A DNA stretch of 64,000 bases from NCBI GenBank assembly GCA_024698685.1, contig JAILQZ010000017.1, forward strand, positions 27,206-91,205, given 5' to 3'. This DNA comes from a bacterium. Lineage in GTDB: Bacteria > Actinomycetota > Coriobacteriia > Coriobacteriales > CADBOM01. A model generated the notes under the pieces. The model did no database searches, was not told where the DNA came from, and was given only the letters and a program-made list of their open reading frames with translations. This document shows, piece by piece, positions 19,401 through 30,606 of the stretch (positions are counted from its first letter, which is position 1; each line of letters opens with the position of its first letter). The translations under genes and the position numbers were made by a program.

Positions 19401-20009
19401 ACGTAGCTGCGACTCGATGACCTTCTGGACGTCGCGGATGCGCGAGAGGGTGTCGTCCATCTTCGCGATCTGCCTGCTGGCCTTGGCCTTGCGCGCCTTG
19501 TGCTTGGCGACGCCGGCGGCCTCCTCGAGGATCGCCTTGCGGTCGACCGGACGCGACTCGATCATCGCGGTGAGGTTGCCCTGGGTGATCACGGAATGCA
19601 CGCCCTCGCCGATGCCGGAGTCGTGCAGGATGTCTATGATGTCGCGCCTGAGGCAGGGCGAGCCGTTGATGAAGTACTCGCTCTCGCCGTTGTGGTGCAT
19701 GCGGCGCGTGATTACCACTTCGGTGAACTCGACTGGGATCGTGCCGTCGGAGTTGTCGAGGACGAGCTCGACCTCCGCGACCTTGGCCGCTGGGCGCGCC
19801 GATGAGCCGGAGAAGATGAGCTCCTCCATCGAATGAACCCTGAGATTGGAGGTCTTGCGCTCTCCGAGAACCCAGAGAACCGCCTCGGAGATGTTCGACT
19901 TGCCCGAGCCGTTAGGTCCCACGATGGCGGATATGCCCGGCTCGAAGTCGATCACCGAGCGATCTGCAAAGGATTTGAAGCCCTTCAGGATCAGCGATTT
20001 CAGATACAC
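16434..20009 (-). CDS. smc: chromosome segregation protein SMC
   Basis: 1191 aa. It has the N-terminal Walker A FKSFADRS...GPNGSGKSN, long coiled coils, a hinge, and the C-terminal LSGGQ-type signature (LLSGGQSAIVALSFLFAIY) plus Walker B FYILDEVE. Confidence 0.95.
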   Translation of the reverse strand: MYLKSLILKGFKSFADRSVIDFEPGISAIVGPNGSGKSNISEAVLWVLGERKTSNLRVHSMEELIFSGSSARPAAKVAEVELVLDNSDGTIPVEFTEVVITRRMHHNGESEYFINGSPCLRRDIIDILHDSGIGEGVHSVITQGNLTAMIESRPVDRKAILEEAAGVAKHKARKAKASRQIAKMDDTLSRIRDVQKVIESQLRPLERQASRAQRYEEYASELRDITLALAVDDLRTLQEQWNEIDLKEKEIDAEAELIKFRLEERDAEVTKKQLVLEQKGLFVGDLNEQRSRCQSIMNRLEANMRLIEEKGKNMVLRLSELRATIHTSERRLNEALAEQRSISTESDDIDARLRALYSTFNELTRTSEQVTKEKRQIEDEHNSLAAKLRGSESALVMTRDNLARVQSSLESLDVEEQLLQERHDQVIAELSEAQTALATHRQKREQLEGERQKAQNDLDLAHSDTDKRVRLLDQAKREMDAQRSRFNDIQAEIRAIEEIERAFENASPSISWIQSHQSEFSGIVGSLSQVFSAPPEFEPLLERLLGSDISGLLTADMKSANLIAQRLIGSGGEASEISFMPLDGMRASELPASPDGRRLLDLISYDESYSEIAKALIGDVYIADSLGEAVEFHSRDKIGVRFATTDGAVVWANGKITLGKQISDFEGVLARKRKLNKLNESNEECSLRLSEAEMAVSEAERALDLAKQDGFELSSVLAKLSAECDLGDSQIKQYESQALQLTNSRAELDRKLKSVEVRRAQAAPLAAEYEVRIQTLEKDIESMRDSVEESSRKLLDITNERAETIDRLTEIKLQMETAKSTVEYRQRRAERLVAEIASLREALEVSRQTEESLSIIRLRVDPLHRIFEELYEGIGAWAAKLQEQAKLTQSDSKSLREVIESAKRARDEARAESERLAAQLNEIKVEKAKIETEVNHAVARIKEETGVSLETALKTPSPVNRAQDEAQAEKLRRKISSLGAVNHVAKEEYEALKARRDYIEGQVADLQEARKKLNTISRALDRRMNKQYQLTFDAVNASFKALYERLSPGDTGELVMLDATDDEPAGVEIVIHPHGMKLTNLSLLSGGQSAIVALSFLFAIYMTRNAPFYILDEVEPSLDGTNLARVCELLESMRETTQLIMVTHQRQTMEIADILYGVSKQASGVSKLVSQRLEQALKDLDEEEANAKVEG

Positions 20010-20012
20010 TGT

Positions 20013-20732
20013 CTAACCTCTATCTCCCAACGTTTCCAATGCCTGCTCGGCAGCGGCCGTCTCGGCCTCCTTCTTCGTTCTGCCCAAGCCGCTTCCCAGC
20101 AGCTCGCCATCGCAGCTGGCCTCGACGCGGAAGGTCCTGTCATGCGCGGGGCCGATCTCCTCCACCACCTCGTACTTGGGGACCCTGTGATCGCTCTGGA
20201 GGATCTCCTGGAGCCGCGACTTGGCGTTGACCTTGATCTGGTCGAGATCCTCGCGAAGGAGATGGTCGGTGGTGCTCAGCACCCAGCTGCGTGCAACATC
20301 GAAGCCCCCGTCGATGGCTAGCGCCGCGACGATAGCCTCGTAGACGTTCTCGAGTGCGGAGTGCATCCCGCGGTTGCCCGTATGGAGCTCGCTCTCGCCG
20401 AAGACGATAAGCTCGGAGAAGCCCAGATTGCTGGCTATCTCGGAGAGCGAGGAGCCCGAGACTATCGCGGCCTTGAGCCTGGAGAGGCCTCCTTCGGGCA
20501 GGTTCGGGAACCTGTCGAAGAGAGCCTTGCCGATGATGATGCCGAGATAGGAGTCGCCGAGGAATTCGAGGCGCTCGTAGGAGAGCGCTACCGGGTCGGC
20601 CTCGACGGCCGAGGGGTGCGTCAACGCCCTGATGATGAGGGACTTGTCCTTGAACTCGTAGCCAAGGATCTTCTCGGCGCGCGCGGCGATGCCGTCGAGC
20701 ACGCTGCTATCCGGCAGTTGATTGCGTTTCAT
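20013..20732 (-). CDS. rnc: ribonuclease III
   Basis: Contains the RNase III signature ERLEFLGDSYL and a C-terminal dsRBD (GPAHDRTFRVEA...GRTKKEAETAAAEQAL). Confidence 0.95.
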   Translation of the reverse strand: MKRNQLPDSSVLDGIAARAEKILGYEFKDKSLIIRALTHPSAVEADPVALSYERLEFLGDSYLGIIIGKALFDRFPNLPEGGLSRLKAAIVSGSSLSEIASNLGFSELIVFGESELHTGNRGMHSALENVYEAIVAALAIDGGFDVARSWVLSTTDHLLREDLDQIKVNAKSRLQEILQSDHRVPKYEVVEEIGPAHDRTFRVEASCDGELLGSGLGRTKKEAETAAAEQALETLGDRG

Positions 20733-20972
20733 CTAGATGAGCGACCTGATCTGATCGAGTGCGTCTCCGATCGTCTTGACCTTCTCGAAGGCCTCGTCCT
20801 CGATCGAGATGTCGAACTGATCCTCGAACTCGGTGAGCAGTTGCAGCAGGTCGAGGGAATCCGCATCGAGATCCTCGATGAGGTTGGTGCTCTCGGTGAT
20901 GTCGTCGGGATTGCATGCGATCTGGTCGACGATGATCTCCTTGACCTTCGCGAAAAGCTCTTCACGCTCCAT
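20733..20972 (-). CDS. acpP: acyl carrier protein
   Basis: 79 aa and acidic, with the phosphopantetheine attachment motif DLDADSLDLLQL. RBS is AAGGAGAG. Confidence 0.9.
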   Translation of the reverse strand: MEREELFAKVKEIIVDQIACNPDDITESTNLIEDLDADSLDLLQLLTEFEDQFDISIEDEAFEKVKTIGDALDQIRSLI

Positions 20973-21157
20973 GTGTTCTCTCCTTAGCTATGAGCGGGCA
21001 TATGCCGCGCGAACAGCGGGCGCAACCGCTGCGAACGCGGGTATCACCTGCCAAAAGCAGGTTGGATCGACGTGGTGCAATGCGGGTTTTCCCGCTCAAT
21101 GCGCACATGTTGACCCAAATTACAATTTTGGCTGATTGGAGAGCAAAACGCAACGCG

Positions 21158-22153
21158 CTATTCGCCCAGCAGGCCCGCAATCTTCTCGGTCAGACCGGCG
21201 CGAATCGCCTTGGCGCAAGTGGCGATGCCGTTGGCGATGGCCTTGGAGCTGGATGAGCCATGTCCGATATGGCAGACGGCGCGAACTCCGAGCAGCGGAG
21301 CGCCGCCGTAGGTGTCCGGGTCAATCTGCGCCTTGAGCTCGTAGAGACCGCCCTTGAGCTTGGCTGCGGCGAGTTTGTTGCCCAACGAGGAGGTCATGAT
21401 TCCCTTGATTGCGCCGAAGAGGACGGAGGCGCTTCCCTCGATCGTCTTGAGCGCCACGTTGCCGGTGAAGCCATCGGTAACCACCACGTCGCAGGTGGCC
21501 TTGAGGATGTCGCCGCCCTCGACGTTGCCGATGAAGCCCTCGACGCCTGAGAGCAGCTCATGCGCGGCGATAGTGGCCTGGTTGCCCTTGGTCTCCTCGG
21601 AGCCGTTGCTCAGAAGACCGATCGTGGGGTTCTCCATACCGAGGAAGCACTCGCCGTAGGCGCGGCCCATCTGGGCGAACTGGACGAGGTACTCGGGCTT
21701 GCAATCTGCGTTGGCGCCGCAGTCGAGAAGGATGATCTCCTTGATGGGAGACGGGACGACGGTGCCGAGCGCGGGCCTCATGATGCCCTTGATGCGCCCG
21801 ATGATCAGCGTGGCTGCAGTGAGGCAGGCACCGGTGGAGCCAGCCGAGAAGAATCCGTCGGCGCGCCCTTCCTTGACCGCCTTGCAGCCGACGACGATGG
21901 AGGAATCCTTCTTCTGACGCACCGCGTTGGCAGGATGGTCTCCCATCTCGATGACCTCGCTGGCATAGATCGCCTCGATGCGTTCGGGATGCTTGGCTGC
22001 GATGCCCGCGACGGACTCCTCGCGTCCGACGAGCAGGATGGAGAGGTTGGGGTCTGCGGCAAGCGCTTTCTCCACGCCCTCGATAACGACAGACGGCGCG
22101 TTGTCCCCGCCCTCGGCATCGACGCACACGCAAACGTTCTTGAGCTCGGCCAT
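21158..22153 (-). CDS. plsX: phosphate acyltransferase PlsX
   Basis: Full-length PlsX-type sequence (DAEGGDNAP..., GFTGNVALKTIEG, HGSSS). Its position between rpmF and acpP is the conserved one. Confidence 0.9.
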   Translation of the reverse strand: MAELKNVCVCVDAEGGDNAPSVVIEGVEKALAADPNLSILLVGREESVAGIAAKHPERIEAIYASEVIEMGDHPANAVRQKKDSSIVVGCKAVKEGRADGFFSAGSTGACLTAATLIIGRIKGIMRPALGTVVPSPIKEIILLDCGANADCKPEYLVQFAQMGRAYGECFLGMENPTIGLLSNGSEETKGNQATIAAHELLSGVEGFIGNVEGGDILKATCDVVVTDGFTGNVALKTIEGSASVLFGAIKGIMTSSLGNKLAAAKLKGGLYELKAQIDPDTYGGAPLLGVRAVCHIGHGSSSSKAIANGIATCAKAIRAGLTEKIAGLLGE

Positions 22154-22229
22154 TTCAACCTCCGATTAAACAAACATGGCCGTGCCTCTCGGAGACATCG
22201 GCCATATTCGAACATTCAACCAGCTTGGA

Positions 22230-22409
22230 CTACTCGGTGACGATGACTTCGCGGCCCTTGTAGTATCCGCAGTTTCCGCATACGCGATGGGGAAGCTTGA
22301 CCTCTCCGCACTGCGGGCAGACGGAACGCGGCTTGGGCGCGCAGACGCAATTTGCGCTGCGGCGAGAGTTGGTCTTCGCACGGCCTTTTCTACGCTTGGG
22401 TACTGCCAT
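22230..22409 (-). CDS. rpmF: 50S ribosomal protein L32
   Basis: Not in the ORF track because it is only 59 aa. My translation of the reverse strand is MAVPKRRKGRAKTNSRRSANCVCAPKPRSVCPQCGEVKLPHRVCGNCGYYKGREVIVTE. It has the MAVPKRR start and a CxxC...CxxC zinc ribbon. RBS is GAAGGAG. Confidence 0.9.
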   Translation of the reverse strand: MAVPKRRKGRAKTNSRRSANCVCAPKPRSVCPQCGEVKLPHRVCGNCGYYKGREVIVTE

Positions 22410-22619
22410 TTTCCTTGCTCCTTCTATCTATGCGCCGCATTTGCGGCGTTTGAATGCGCGAAAAGTGAGTTTAGCACTTAGGATGCGGCGTGTCGATGCG
22501 CAAACCACCCCAAACGGCATTAAAGCCGCTATGAGGGGCGAAAGGCGCGCCTGCGGGGCACCGATGTGACGCGATTCGACCTCAGCGCGAGGTTGCGGCG
22601 GCGCTGGATGGTCGCGAAG

Positions 22620-24377
<1,758 letters not shown>

Positions 24378-24479
24378 GTCGGTCCCCTTTCGCGTGGACA
24401 TTCGTAGCATTGGTGCGCCGCCGTTCGGGCGCTGCAAGCGCCATGATCGGAGCTATTCGAATTATATCGAAAGGAGCGG

Positions 24480-25538
24480 CTATTGGCCGAGCAAGTCGAG
24501 CGCCTTGGCGCAGAGCTCGGAATATCGAGCGCCGCCCTCCGAGGCGGCGAAGCCCGCGACAGCCTCCTTGGCGCGCTCGCCGCCGATGTTGGCGAGAGCC
24601 TCGATGGCGTATCTGACGCACCACTCGTGCGGATCGTCGAGGGCGGCGATGAGGAGCTCTACCGTGGAGTCGATGGCTTCGGCACCCAGGACATCGGATG
24701 CGGAGGTGGCCATCTTGCCGAGCGACCAGATGGCGGTCGATCGCAGGTCGTCAGGGCTGGCGGAGTCGGATGAGATCGCACAGGCCAACGCGAAGATCGA
24801 CCGCGCGCGAGCGGCGTCGAACTGCCCGATGCGCTCGAATCCGTCCGCCAAGGAGATCTGGGCCGCCACGCGCACCTTGTTCTCCTCAACCGCATCGTCG
24901 AGGGCGGTGTAAGCGCAATCGAGCGCCCTTGCCGAGGCCTCCTGCTCCTCAGCATCCTCGGAGTCGATGAGGAAGGCGCCTAGCGAACCGAGCGCACTGA
25001 TGGCGCTGGAGCGGACGTTCTCCGTATCCTCGGAGTCCGCGAGCTGGGCCAACCTGCCAATGGGATCGGAGCGGCCTAGCTGGCCGAGCGAAAGCGCCGC
25101 ATTGGCGCGGACCCACTCCACCTCGTCATCGAGGCACATCAGCAGCGGCTCGAGAGCGCGCCCATCGCGCAGGCGACCAATCGCCGCCGCAGCGTTCTTG
25201 CGGATCTCGTCGTTGACATCGAAGAGCCTGACCGCTATCGGAGCGAAGGAGCGCCTGTCGGCGATCATCGCGAGCGCCGCAAGGGTGGCGCACCTGATAT
25301 CGACAGGCTCCTCATCGTCGAGCAGGGGCAACAGCGGCTCGATCGCGACGGCCTTGCGCGAGGCGCCAAGCGCGTAGATCGCAGCGAGGCGCACGCGGTC
25401 ATCGGCGTCGGAGAGCAGGTCGATGAGCGTGGTGGTCGCGGCGGGATCGGGAATCGTCGCAATCGACTGGGCGACCATCGCGCGCACGCTCGGGTCGCTG
25501 TTCTTCGCCATGCCAAGCAGGTCTGAGAGGTCGGACAT
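24480..25538 (-). CDS. HEAT-repeat (PBS-lyase-type) protein
   Basis: 352 aa built almost entirely of repeats such as DPSVRAMVAQSIATI, DDRVRLAAIYALG, DIRCATLAALAMI, NDEIRKNAAAAIGRL and VEWVRANAALSLGQLG. Confidence 0.75.
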   Translation of the reverse strand: MSDLSDLLGMAKNSDPSVRAMVAQSIATIPDPAATTTLIDLLSDADDRVRLAAIYALGASRKAVAIEPLLPLLDDEEPVDIRCATLAALAMIADRRSFAPIAVRLFDVNDEIRKNAAAAIGRLRDGRALEPLLMCLDDEVEWVRANAALSLGQLGRSDPIGRLAQLADSEDTENVRSSAISALGSLGAFLIDSEDAEEQEASARALDCAYTALDDAVEENKVRVAAQISLADGFERIGQFDAARARSIFALACAISSDSASPDDLRSTAIWSLGKMATSASDVLGAEAIDSTVELLIAALDDPHEWCVRYAIEALANIGGERAKEAVAGFAASEGGARYSELCAKALDLLGQ

Positions 25539-25577
25539 CTCGCTAGCCTTTCAAATCAAGCGCTGCGGGCTAAACCG

Positions 25578-26420
25578 CTAGATCACCTGGAAGCCGTCGT
25601 AGGAGGCGAACACGTTGGTGCCGGCGAGCCTCTCCTCGACCTCCGCGAGCGTGATGGGCGTGTCGAAGTGCATCGACATATGCGTCAGGACCGCCTTGCT
25701 CACGCCGAGTTCCGCAGCGAGCGCCGCCGAGCTGTCGATCGACATGTGCGAGGCGGCCATCCAGTTCGCGCCGTTGAAGGTCGCATCGATCACGAGGACA
25801 TCGATGCCGCGCAGGAGCTCGAGCGTCTCGTCGCAGGGGCGCGCGGTATCGGGGAAGTAGGCCACCTTCATCGGATTGCCGCTGGGTGCGGCATCGGCGG
25901 GCAGCTCGATCAGGTAGCCAAAGGCGCCTGGGCAGTGCGTCGCCAGCAAAGGCGTGTAGCCGATGCCGTCGAACTCAAGCCTCTGCCCCGCCTCTATCAC
26001 GTGTAGGCGATAGGTGTCGGCCATCTTCTCGAAGTGCGTCGAGATGTACTCGGCGGTTTGGGAGTTGCAGTAGAAGTCGATTGCCTTGCGCGTCTTGAGG
26101 CGCACGAGGTATTCGAGTTGCGGCACGCCACCGACATGGTCGAAGTGCTCGTGAGTGAAGATCACTCTGTCGATTTCGGGAATGCCGAAGCGGTCGAGCT
26201 GCAGATGCATTTCCGGAGCGCAGTCGATCAGGGTGCGCTCGTTGCGCGTGACGAGCATGCTTGAACAGGTTCTGCGCGCGCGGGGATCGGCCTTGGCTTC
26301 CTCGCAGGCCTTGCAGCCACAGTAGTACGTTGGCACTCCGCACGCAGCTCCCGTGCCGAGCAGCATTACCTGCGCAACTGTCCCATTCATGTCACAGCCA
26401 TTCATTTGAGCCTCTTCCAT
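25578..26420 (-). CDS. MBL-fold metallo-hydrolase, PhnP-like phosphodiesterase family
   Basis: LLGTGAACGVPTYYCGCKACEEA is a PhnP-type N-terminal Cys cluster, and FTHEHFDHVGG is the HxHxDH motif. The start is uncertain among ATGs at 26420, 26405 and 26390. Confidence 0.7.
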   Translation of the reverse strand: MEEAQMNGCDMNGTVAQVMLLGTGAACGVPTYYCGCKACEEAKADPRARRTCSSMLVTRNERTLIDCAPEMHLQLDRFGIPEIDRVIFTHEHFDHVGGVPQLEYLVRLKTRKAIDFYCNSQTAEYISTHFEKMADTYRLHVIEAGQRLEFDGIGYTPLLATHCPGAFGYLIELPADAAPSGNPMKVAYFPDTARPCDETLELLRGIDVLVIDATFNGANWMAASHMSIDSSAALAAELGVSKAVLTHMSMHFDTPITLAEVEERLAGTNVFASYDGFQVI

Positions 26421-26575
26421 TTGCGCCCGTCATCCCCTAGAATCTAAAGATGTTTGAAGCGGCTTTCGACTGCCTCTGCGATTGCCGCACACAGGGAGAG
26501 TATAGCAGCACGCCAGAGGCGAACCACGAGGTCGGCGCCCATCGAGCCAGCCTCGAGTTCGAAAGGATTGATTCG

Positions 26576-27724
26576 ATGAGACTGCTGCATCTTGGCGACC
26601 TGCACATCGGCAAGAAGGTCAATGGCTACTCTATGATCGACGATCAGAGGGCCGTTCTCGCCGAGATCGTCGAGCTGGCCAAGGTCAAGGGCGTCGCCGC
26701 CGTGCTGATTGCTGGCGACATCTACGACAAGGAGCAGCCGAGCGCGGAGGCGGCGCGGCTCTATGACGAGTTCATCACCTCGCTGCACGAAAGCGGCATC
26801 GCAGTCCTCGCGGTGCCCGGCAACCACGACAGTGCGAGCCGCATCTCCGTCCTCTCGTCGATCCTCGGCAGCAAGGGCGTCTCGATAGCCAAGCCGTTCA
26901 GCGGCGTGGTGGAGCGCTGCGAGCTGCACGATGAGCACGGCGCCATCAATGTATACCTCCTCCCCTTCATCAACCCCTCCATCGCGCGCACGGCGCTGCC
27001 CGATACGGAGATCAAGTCCTGGCCCGATGCGCTGCGAGCCGTCATCGGCACCATCGCCCTCGACGAGAGCGCTCGCAACATCCTCGTGGCTCACCAGTTC
27101 GTCATCGGCGGAAGCGAGGCCGAGCTGAGCGAGTCGGAGACGCGCACGATCGGTGCGGCAGACGAGGTGCCGTCAGATGTCTTCGACGCCTTCGACTACG
27201 TCGCGCTCGGCCATCTCCATAAGCCGCAATGGGTCGTCAAGGGCAAGATGCGCTACAGCGGCTCGCCGCTGAAATACTCGTTCTCCGAGCTAAAGCCCAA
27301 TAAGACGGCAACGCTCGTCGAACTCGGCAAGAAGGGCGATATCTCCTTCGAGATGCCCGAGCTGCACCCGCTGCACGACATGCTCGAACTCGAGGGAACT
27401 ATCGCCGAGATGCGCGAGTATGCGCAAGCGCACCCCGAGAGCGCCGACTGCTACGTCCACGTCACGCTCACCAAGGAGGATCTGCAAGCGTTCGCCAAGC
27501 TCAAGGACATCTTCCCGCTGCTGATGAGACTCGACTTCAAGGCCATCGAGTCGCGCAGGCGCGCGTCGACGCGCAGCATCTCCAGCAGCGACATTGCAAG
27601 CATCGGCCAGCTCGAGATGATCCAGATGTTCTTCCAGGAGATCAACGGACGCGACATGGATGAGGCAGAGCTGGAGATCATCGGCGAGCTTGGCCTCGAC
27701 GGCGAGGAAGGGGGCGCGCGATGA
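26576..27724 (+). CDS. sbcD: exonuclease SbcCD, nuclease subunit SbcD
   Basis: Contains the Mre11-type phosphoesterase motifs MRLLHLGDLHIG, IAGDIYD, GNHD and VAHQF...GHLH. Its TGA stop overlaps the sbcC ATG (ATGA). Confidence 0.9.
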   Translation: MRLLHLGDLHIGKKVNGYSMIDDQRAVLAEIVELAKVKGVAAVLIAGDIYDKEQPSAEAARLYDEFITSLHESGIAVLAVPGNHDSASRISVLSSILGSKGVSIAKPFSGVVERCELHDEHGAINVYLLPFINPSIARTALPDTEIKSWPDALRAVIGTIALDESARNILVAHQFVIGGSEAELSESETRTIGAADEVPSDVFDAFDYVALGHLHKPQWVVKGKMRYSGSPLKYSFSELKPNKTATLVELGKKGDISFEMPELHPLHDMLELEGTIAEMREYAQAHPESADCYVHVTLTKEDLQAFAKLKDIFPLLMRLDFKAIESRRRASTRSISSSDIASIGQLEMIQMFFQEINGRDMDEAELEIIGELGLDGEEGGAR

Positions 27725-30516
27725 AGCCACGGAAGCTCACGATCTGCGCCTTCGGCCCCTACGCCGGCAAGGAGACAGTCGATTTCCGCGCTCTGGGCGA
27801 ACAGGGCATCTATCTGATCAGCGGTCAGACCGGCTCGGGCAAGTCCTCGATCTTCGACGCAATCTGCTTCGCGCTATTCGGCAAGGACAGCGGCAGCGGG
27901 CGCACGGTCGAGTCGTTCAGGAGCGGCCACTGCACCGACCCCGAGCTCGAGACCAGCGTAGAGCTTGAATTCGAGCTCCACGGCGAGGCCTACGTCATCA
28001 AGCGCTGGCTCCACATCGTGAAACGCAAGGACACCGGCGACTACGAGAGCACTTCCGACCAAAGGGTGCGCCTCACCCTTCCCGACGGCTCCTCGATGGA
28101 AGGGCAGCGCAGGGTCGATGCGAAGATCGTCGAGCTCCTGCAGATCGATTTCGACCAGTTCACGAAGATCGTGATGCTCGCGCAGGGCGACTTCTCCAAA
28201 TTCCTGAAATCCAGCTCGGTGGAAAAGCAGAGGATCCTTGAGAAGGTCTTCGACATCAGGGATTACAAGCGCATCACCGATCGTCTAGCCACCATGAACA
28301 GGGAGGCCAAGGAAGCTCTGCTGGCTCTGGGCGCGCGCCTCGACGAGCAAATCCGCTCGATCGATGCAAGCACGCACGAGGAACTGGCCGCAGAGCTCGA
28401 GGATAACAAGGGCAGGGAGTCTTCGCTGGCAGCTGCCGACTGCTTCGAGATAGCCTCACGGGCATGCGAGCTGGACAAGGCGCGCATTGGGGAGATCGGC
28501 GTTCGTGAAGCTGAGCTAAAGCGCTGTTCCGACGAGCTCAGCGGCAAGATCGCCACAGCGAGGCAGCAGACCAAGGCACGCAAGGCCATCGAGAGCGCCG
28601 AGGCCAGCCTGCAGGCACTCAGCGGAAAGCTGCCCGAGCTCGAAGCGGCCGTTCAAGCCATGGAAGAGCGAAAGCCCGAGCGCGATGAGCTGCGGGCATC
28701 GATCGCGCGACGAGAGGCGTTGCTGCCCAAATACGACAAGCTCGACGAAGCTCAGAGCGCGATGGCCGAGCTCGAGAGCAAGAAGGAAAAAGCCGATGCC
28801 GCATGCGCCGCTGGCGCGGCCGAGACCGAAAGGCTGCGCACCGAACAGAAGACGCTGAGGGAATCTATCGATTCCGCTGCGGGCGCCGATGCTGAGAAGG
28901 TCAAGCTCGAGAGCGAGCGCGATTTGCTCGCCAGCCGCAAGAAGGGTCTCGAGGCCATCTCGGAGCGACTGGGGGCGCTCGAAGAGGCTCGCACGCAGGC
29001 CGAAGGCGCCAAGTGCGATGCCGAACGCGCGCTCGCATCCAAGCAAAAGGCCGATGACGACTTCACACTCCTCAGCAACGCGCTGCTCGCCTCGCAGGCC
29101 GGAATCCTCGCCGAGAGGCTGGAGGACGGAAAGCCCTGCCCTGTTTGCGGCTCCACGAGCCACCCCGCGCCAGCGCATCGCGAGGCGGAGGCCAGCGAGC
29201 AGATGGTCGAGGAGGCCAAGCTCACAGCGAGCAAGGCCGCCGAGGCATTCAACGATGCCGCCGCTCTCAATTCAAAGCTCAGAGCCACCTTCGAGGGCCA
29301 GCTCGAAGAGCTCAAGCGCAGCCTGCAGGCGGCGGACAGCAAATTCGATGCTTCCAACCGCTCCTTCGATAGCGAAGGCTGCGCGGCGCTGGCCAAGGAG
29401 AACTCCGCAGCCATCGAGAGCATCGAATCCCAAGTCGCAAGCATCGACCGCCAGATCTCCGAGCTGAAGCGGCGAATCGAGCAGCGCGAAGCCTCCAAGG
29501 CCAGGCTCGAAGCCAGCGAGCGCAGGGTAGAAGAGCTGCAGGGCAAGGTCAAGGGCGTCGAGGAGCTGCGAAGCAGGATCGCCGACGAGATCGCGCGCAC
29601 CGCATCTCGCATCGAGGAGACCAAGGGCGACCTCGAATTCGACAGCAGGCAGGAGATGCAAGAGCGCATCGACGATGAGCGCAGCATGCTTTCCGTCGCC
29701 GAGAGGCAAGCGCAGGCGGCCGCAGATGCCTTCGAAAAATGCAATCAGGGCATTGCAAGCGCGCAGACGATCATCGAGCAGAACTCCAAGTTCGTCGGTG
29801 CAGAGATACTTGAACTCGATCAACTCGTGCTCGAGAAGGAACGCATCGACGGTGAAGCGGCAGGCATCGCCCGAGAGAAGAGCGCCATCGCCACTGCAAT
29901 CGCGAACAACGAGCGCGTTATCGAGCAAGGCGCCCGCACGCTAGAGGAATATGAGCGCTGCGAATCCCGTGCCAACGCGATATTGAGTCTCTACAGAACC
30001 GCAAATGGAAACGTGGCCGGCGCCGCCAGGATCACTCTCGAAACCTATGTGCTCTCCTTCTTCTTCGAGGACATCCTCGAGGCGGCCAGCCAGCGGCTCA
30101 AGGTGCTTTCGGGCCGCTACGAGCTCATGCGCGTCGAAGATCCCGACCGCCTCAACGTGAGGTCGGGCCTCGACATCGAGGTCTTCGACAGCTACACCGG
30201 CTCCACCAGACCCAGCTCCACGCTCTCCGGCGGCGAGGAATTCCAGGCATCGATTTCGCTCGCGCTCGGGCTCGCCGACGTGGCGCGCAACAGCGCTGGC
30301 GGAGTCGACCTCGACTCGATGTTCATTGACGAAGGCTTCGGCACGCTTGACGACGAAACGCTCGACGTCGCCATGCGTACGCTGCAGGAGATCGGCAGCG
30401 GAGACAAGCTCGTCGGGGTGATCTCGCACGTCGGCAAGCTCAAGGACTCGATCGGCAACAAGGTGATCGTCGAGAAGACGTTGACGGGAAGCCACATCCA
30501 CCTCGAGCTGGAGTGA
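27721..30516 (+). CDS. sbcC: exonuclease SbcCD, ATPase subunit SbcC (Rad50-like)
   Basis: It has an N-terminal Walker A (GQTGSGKSSIFDAI) and long coiled coils. The central zinc hook is CPVCGS. The C-terminus carries the signature LSGGEEFQASISLALGL and Walker B MFIDEGFGTLD. Confidence 0.9.
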   Translation: MKPRKLTICAFGPYAGKETVDFRALGEQGIYLISGQTGSGKSSIFDAICFALFGKDSGSGRTVESFRSGHCTDPELETSVELEFELHGEAYVIKRWLHIVKRKDTGDYESTSDQRVRLTLPDGSSMEGQRRVDAKIVELLQIDFDQFTKIVMLAQGDFSKFLKSSSVEKQRILEKVFDIRDYKRITDRLATMNREAKEALLALGARLDEQIRSIDASTHEELAAELEDNKGRESSLAAADCFEIASRACELDKARIGEIGVREAELKRCSDELSGKIATARQQTKARKAIESAEASLQALSGKLPELEAAVQAMEERKPERDELRASIARREALLPKYDKLDEAQSAMAELESKKEKADAACAAGAAETERLRTEQKTLRESIDSAAGADAEKVKLESERDLLASRKKGLEAISERLGALEEARTQAEGAKCDAERALASKQKADDDFTLLSNALLASQAGILAERLEDGKPCPVCGSTSHPAPAHREAEASEQMVEEAKLTASKAAEAFNDAAALNSKLRATFEGQLEELKRSLQAADSKFDASNRSFDSEGCAALAKENSAAIESIESQVASIDRQISELKRRIEQREASKARLEASERRVEELQGKVKGVEELRSRIADEIARTASRIEETKGDLEFDSRQEMQERIDDERSMLSVAERQAQAAADAFEKCNQGIASAQTIIEQNSKFVGAEILELDQLVLEKERIDGEAAGIAREKSAIATAIANNERVIEQGARTLEEYERCESRANAILSLYRTANGNVAGAARITLETYVLSFFFEDILEAASQRLKVLSGRYELMRVEDPDRLNVRSGLDIEVFDSYTGSTRPSSTLSGGEEFQASISLALGLADVARNSAGGVDLDSMFIDEGFGTLDDETLDVAMRTLQEIGSGDKLVGVISHVGKLKDSIGNKVIVEKTLTGSHIHLELE

Positions 30517-30539
30517 AGCTGATGCCAAAGCGGCCCTAT

Positions 30540-30562
30540 CGGGTTCGAGTCCCGTTCGCCGC
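30540..30562 (+). repeat. inverted copy of the 3' end (T-arm plus acceptor strand) of tRNA-Gly
   Basis: CGGGTTCGAGTCCCGTTCGCCGC is identical to the T-arm/acceptor 3' part of the tRNA-Gly gene encoded on the opposite strand at 30611-30633. An additional AAGCTGAT match to the anticodon-stem 3' side lies at 30516-30523. Confidence 0.7.
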
Positions 30563-30572
30563 AAGCATCAAT

Positions 30573-30598
30573 AAAAAAGACCCCCTGACGGGGGTCTT
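30573..30598. terminator. stem-loop terminator after the tRNA-Pro/tRNA-Gly unit, possibly also serving sbcC
   Basis: AAGACCCCC-TGAC-GGGGGTCTT. The minus-strand reading is followed by TTTTTTAT, and the plus-strand reading by TCGAGTTTC. Confidence 0.7.
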
Positions 30599-30606
30599 CG
30601 AGTTTC

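Noticed and set aside
20973-21157. The acpP-plsX intergenic region (185 bp) as a possible small RNA or regulator site. It has a GCATTG direct repeat flanking a GCGGG-AAAA-CCCGC hairpin, and fabD/fabG are absent between plsX and acpP.
   Set aside because: The hairpin is short and has no T-tract, and the repeat is only 6 nt. The region is most simply the acpP promoter/leader (RBS AAGGAGAG). There is not enough evidence for a distinct feature.
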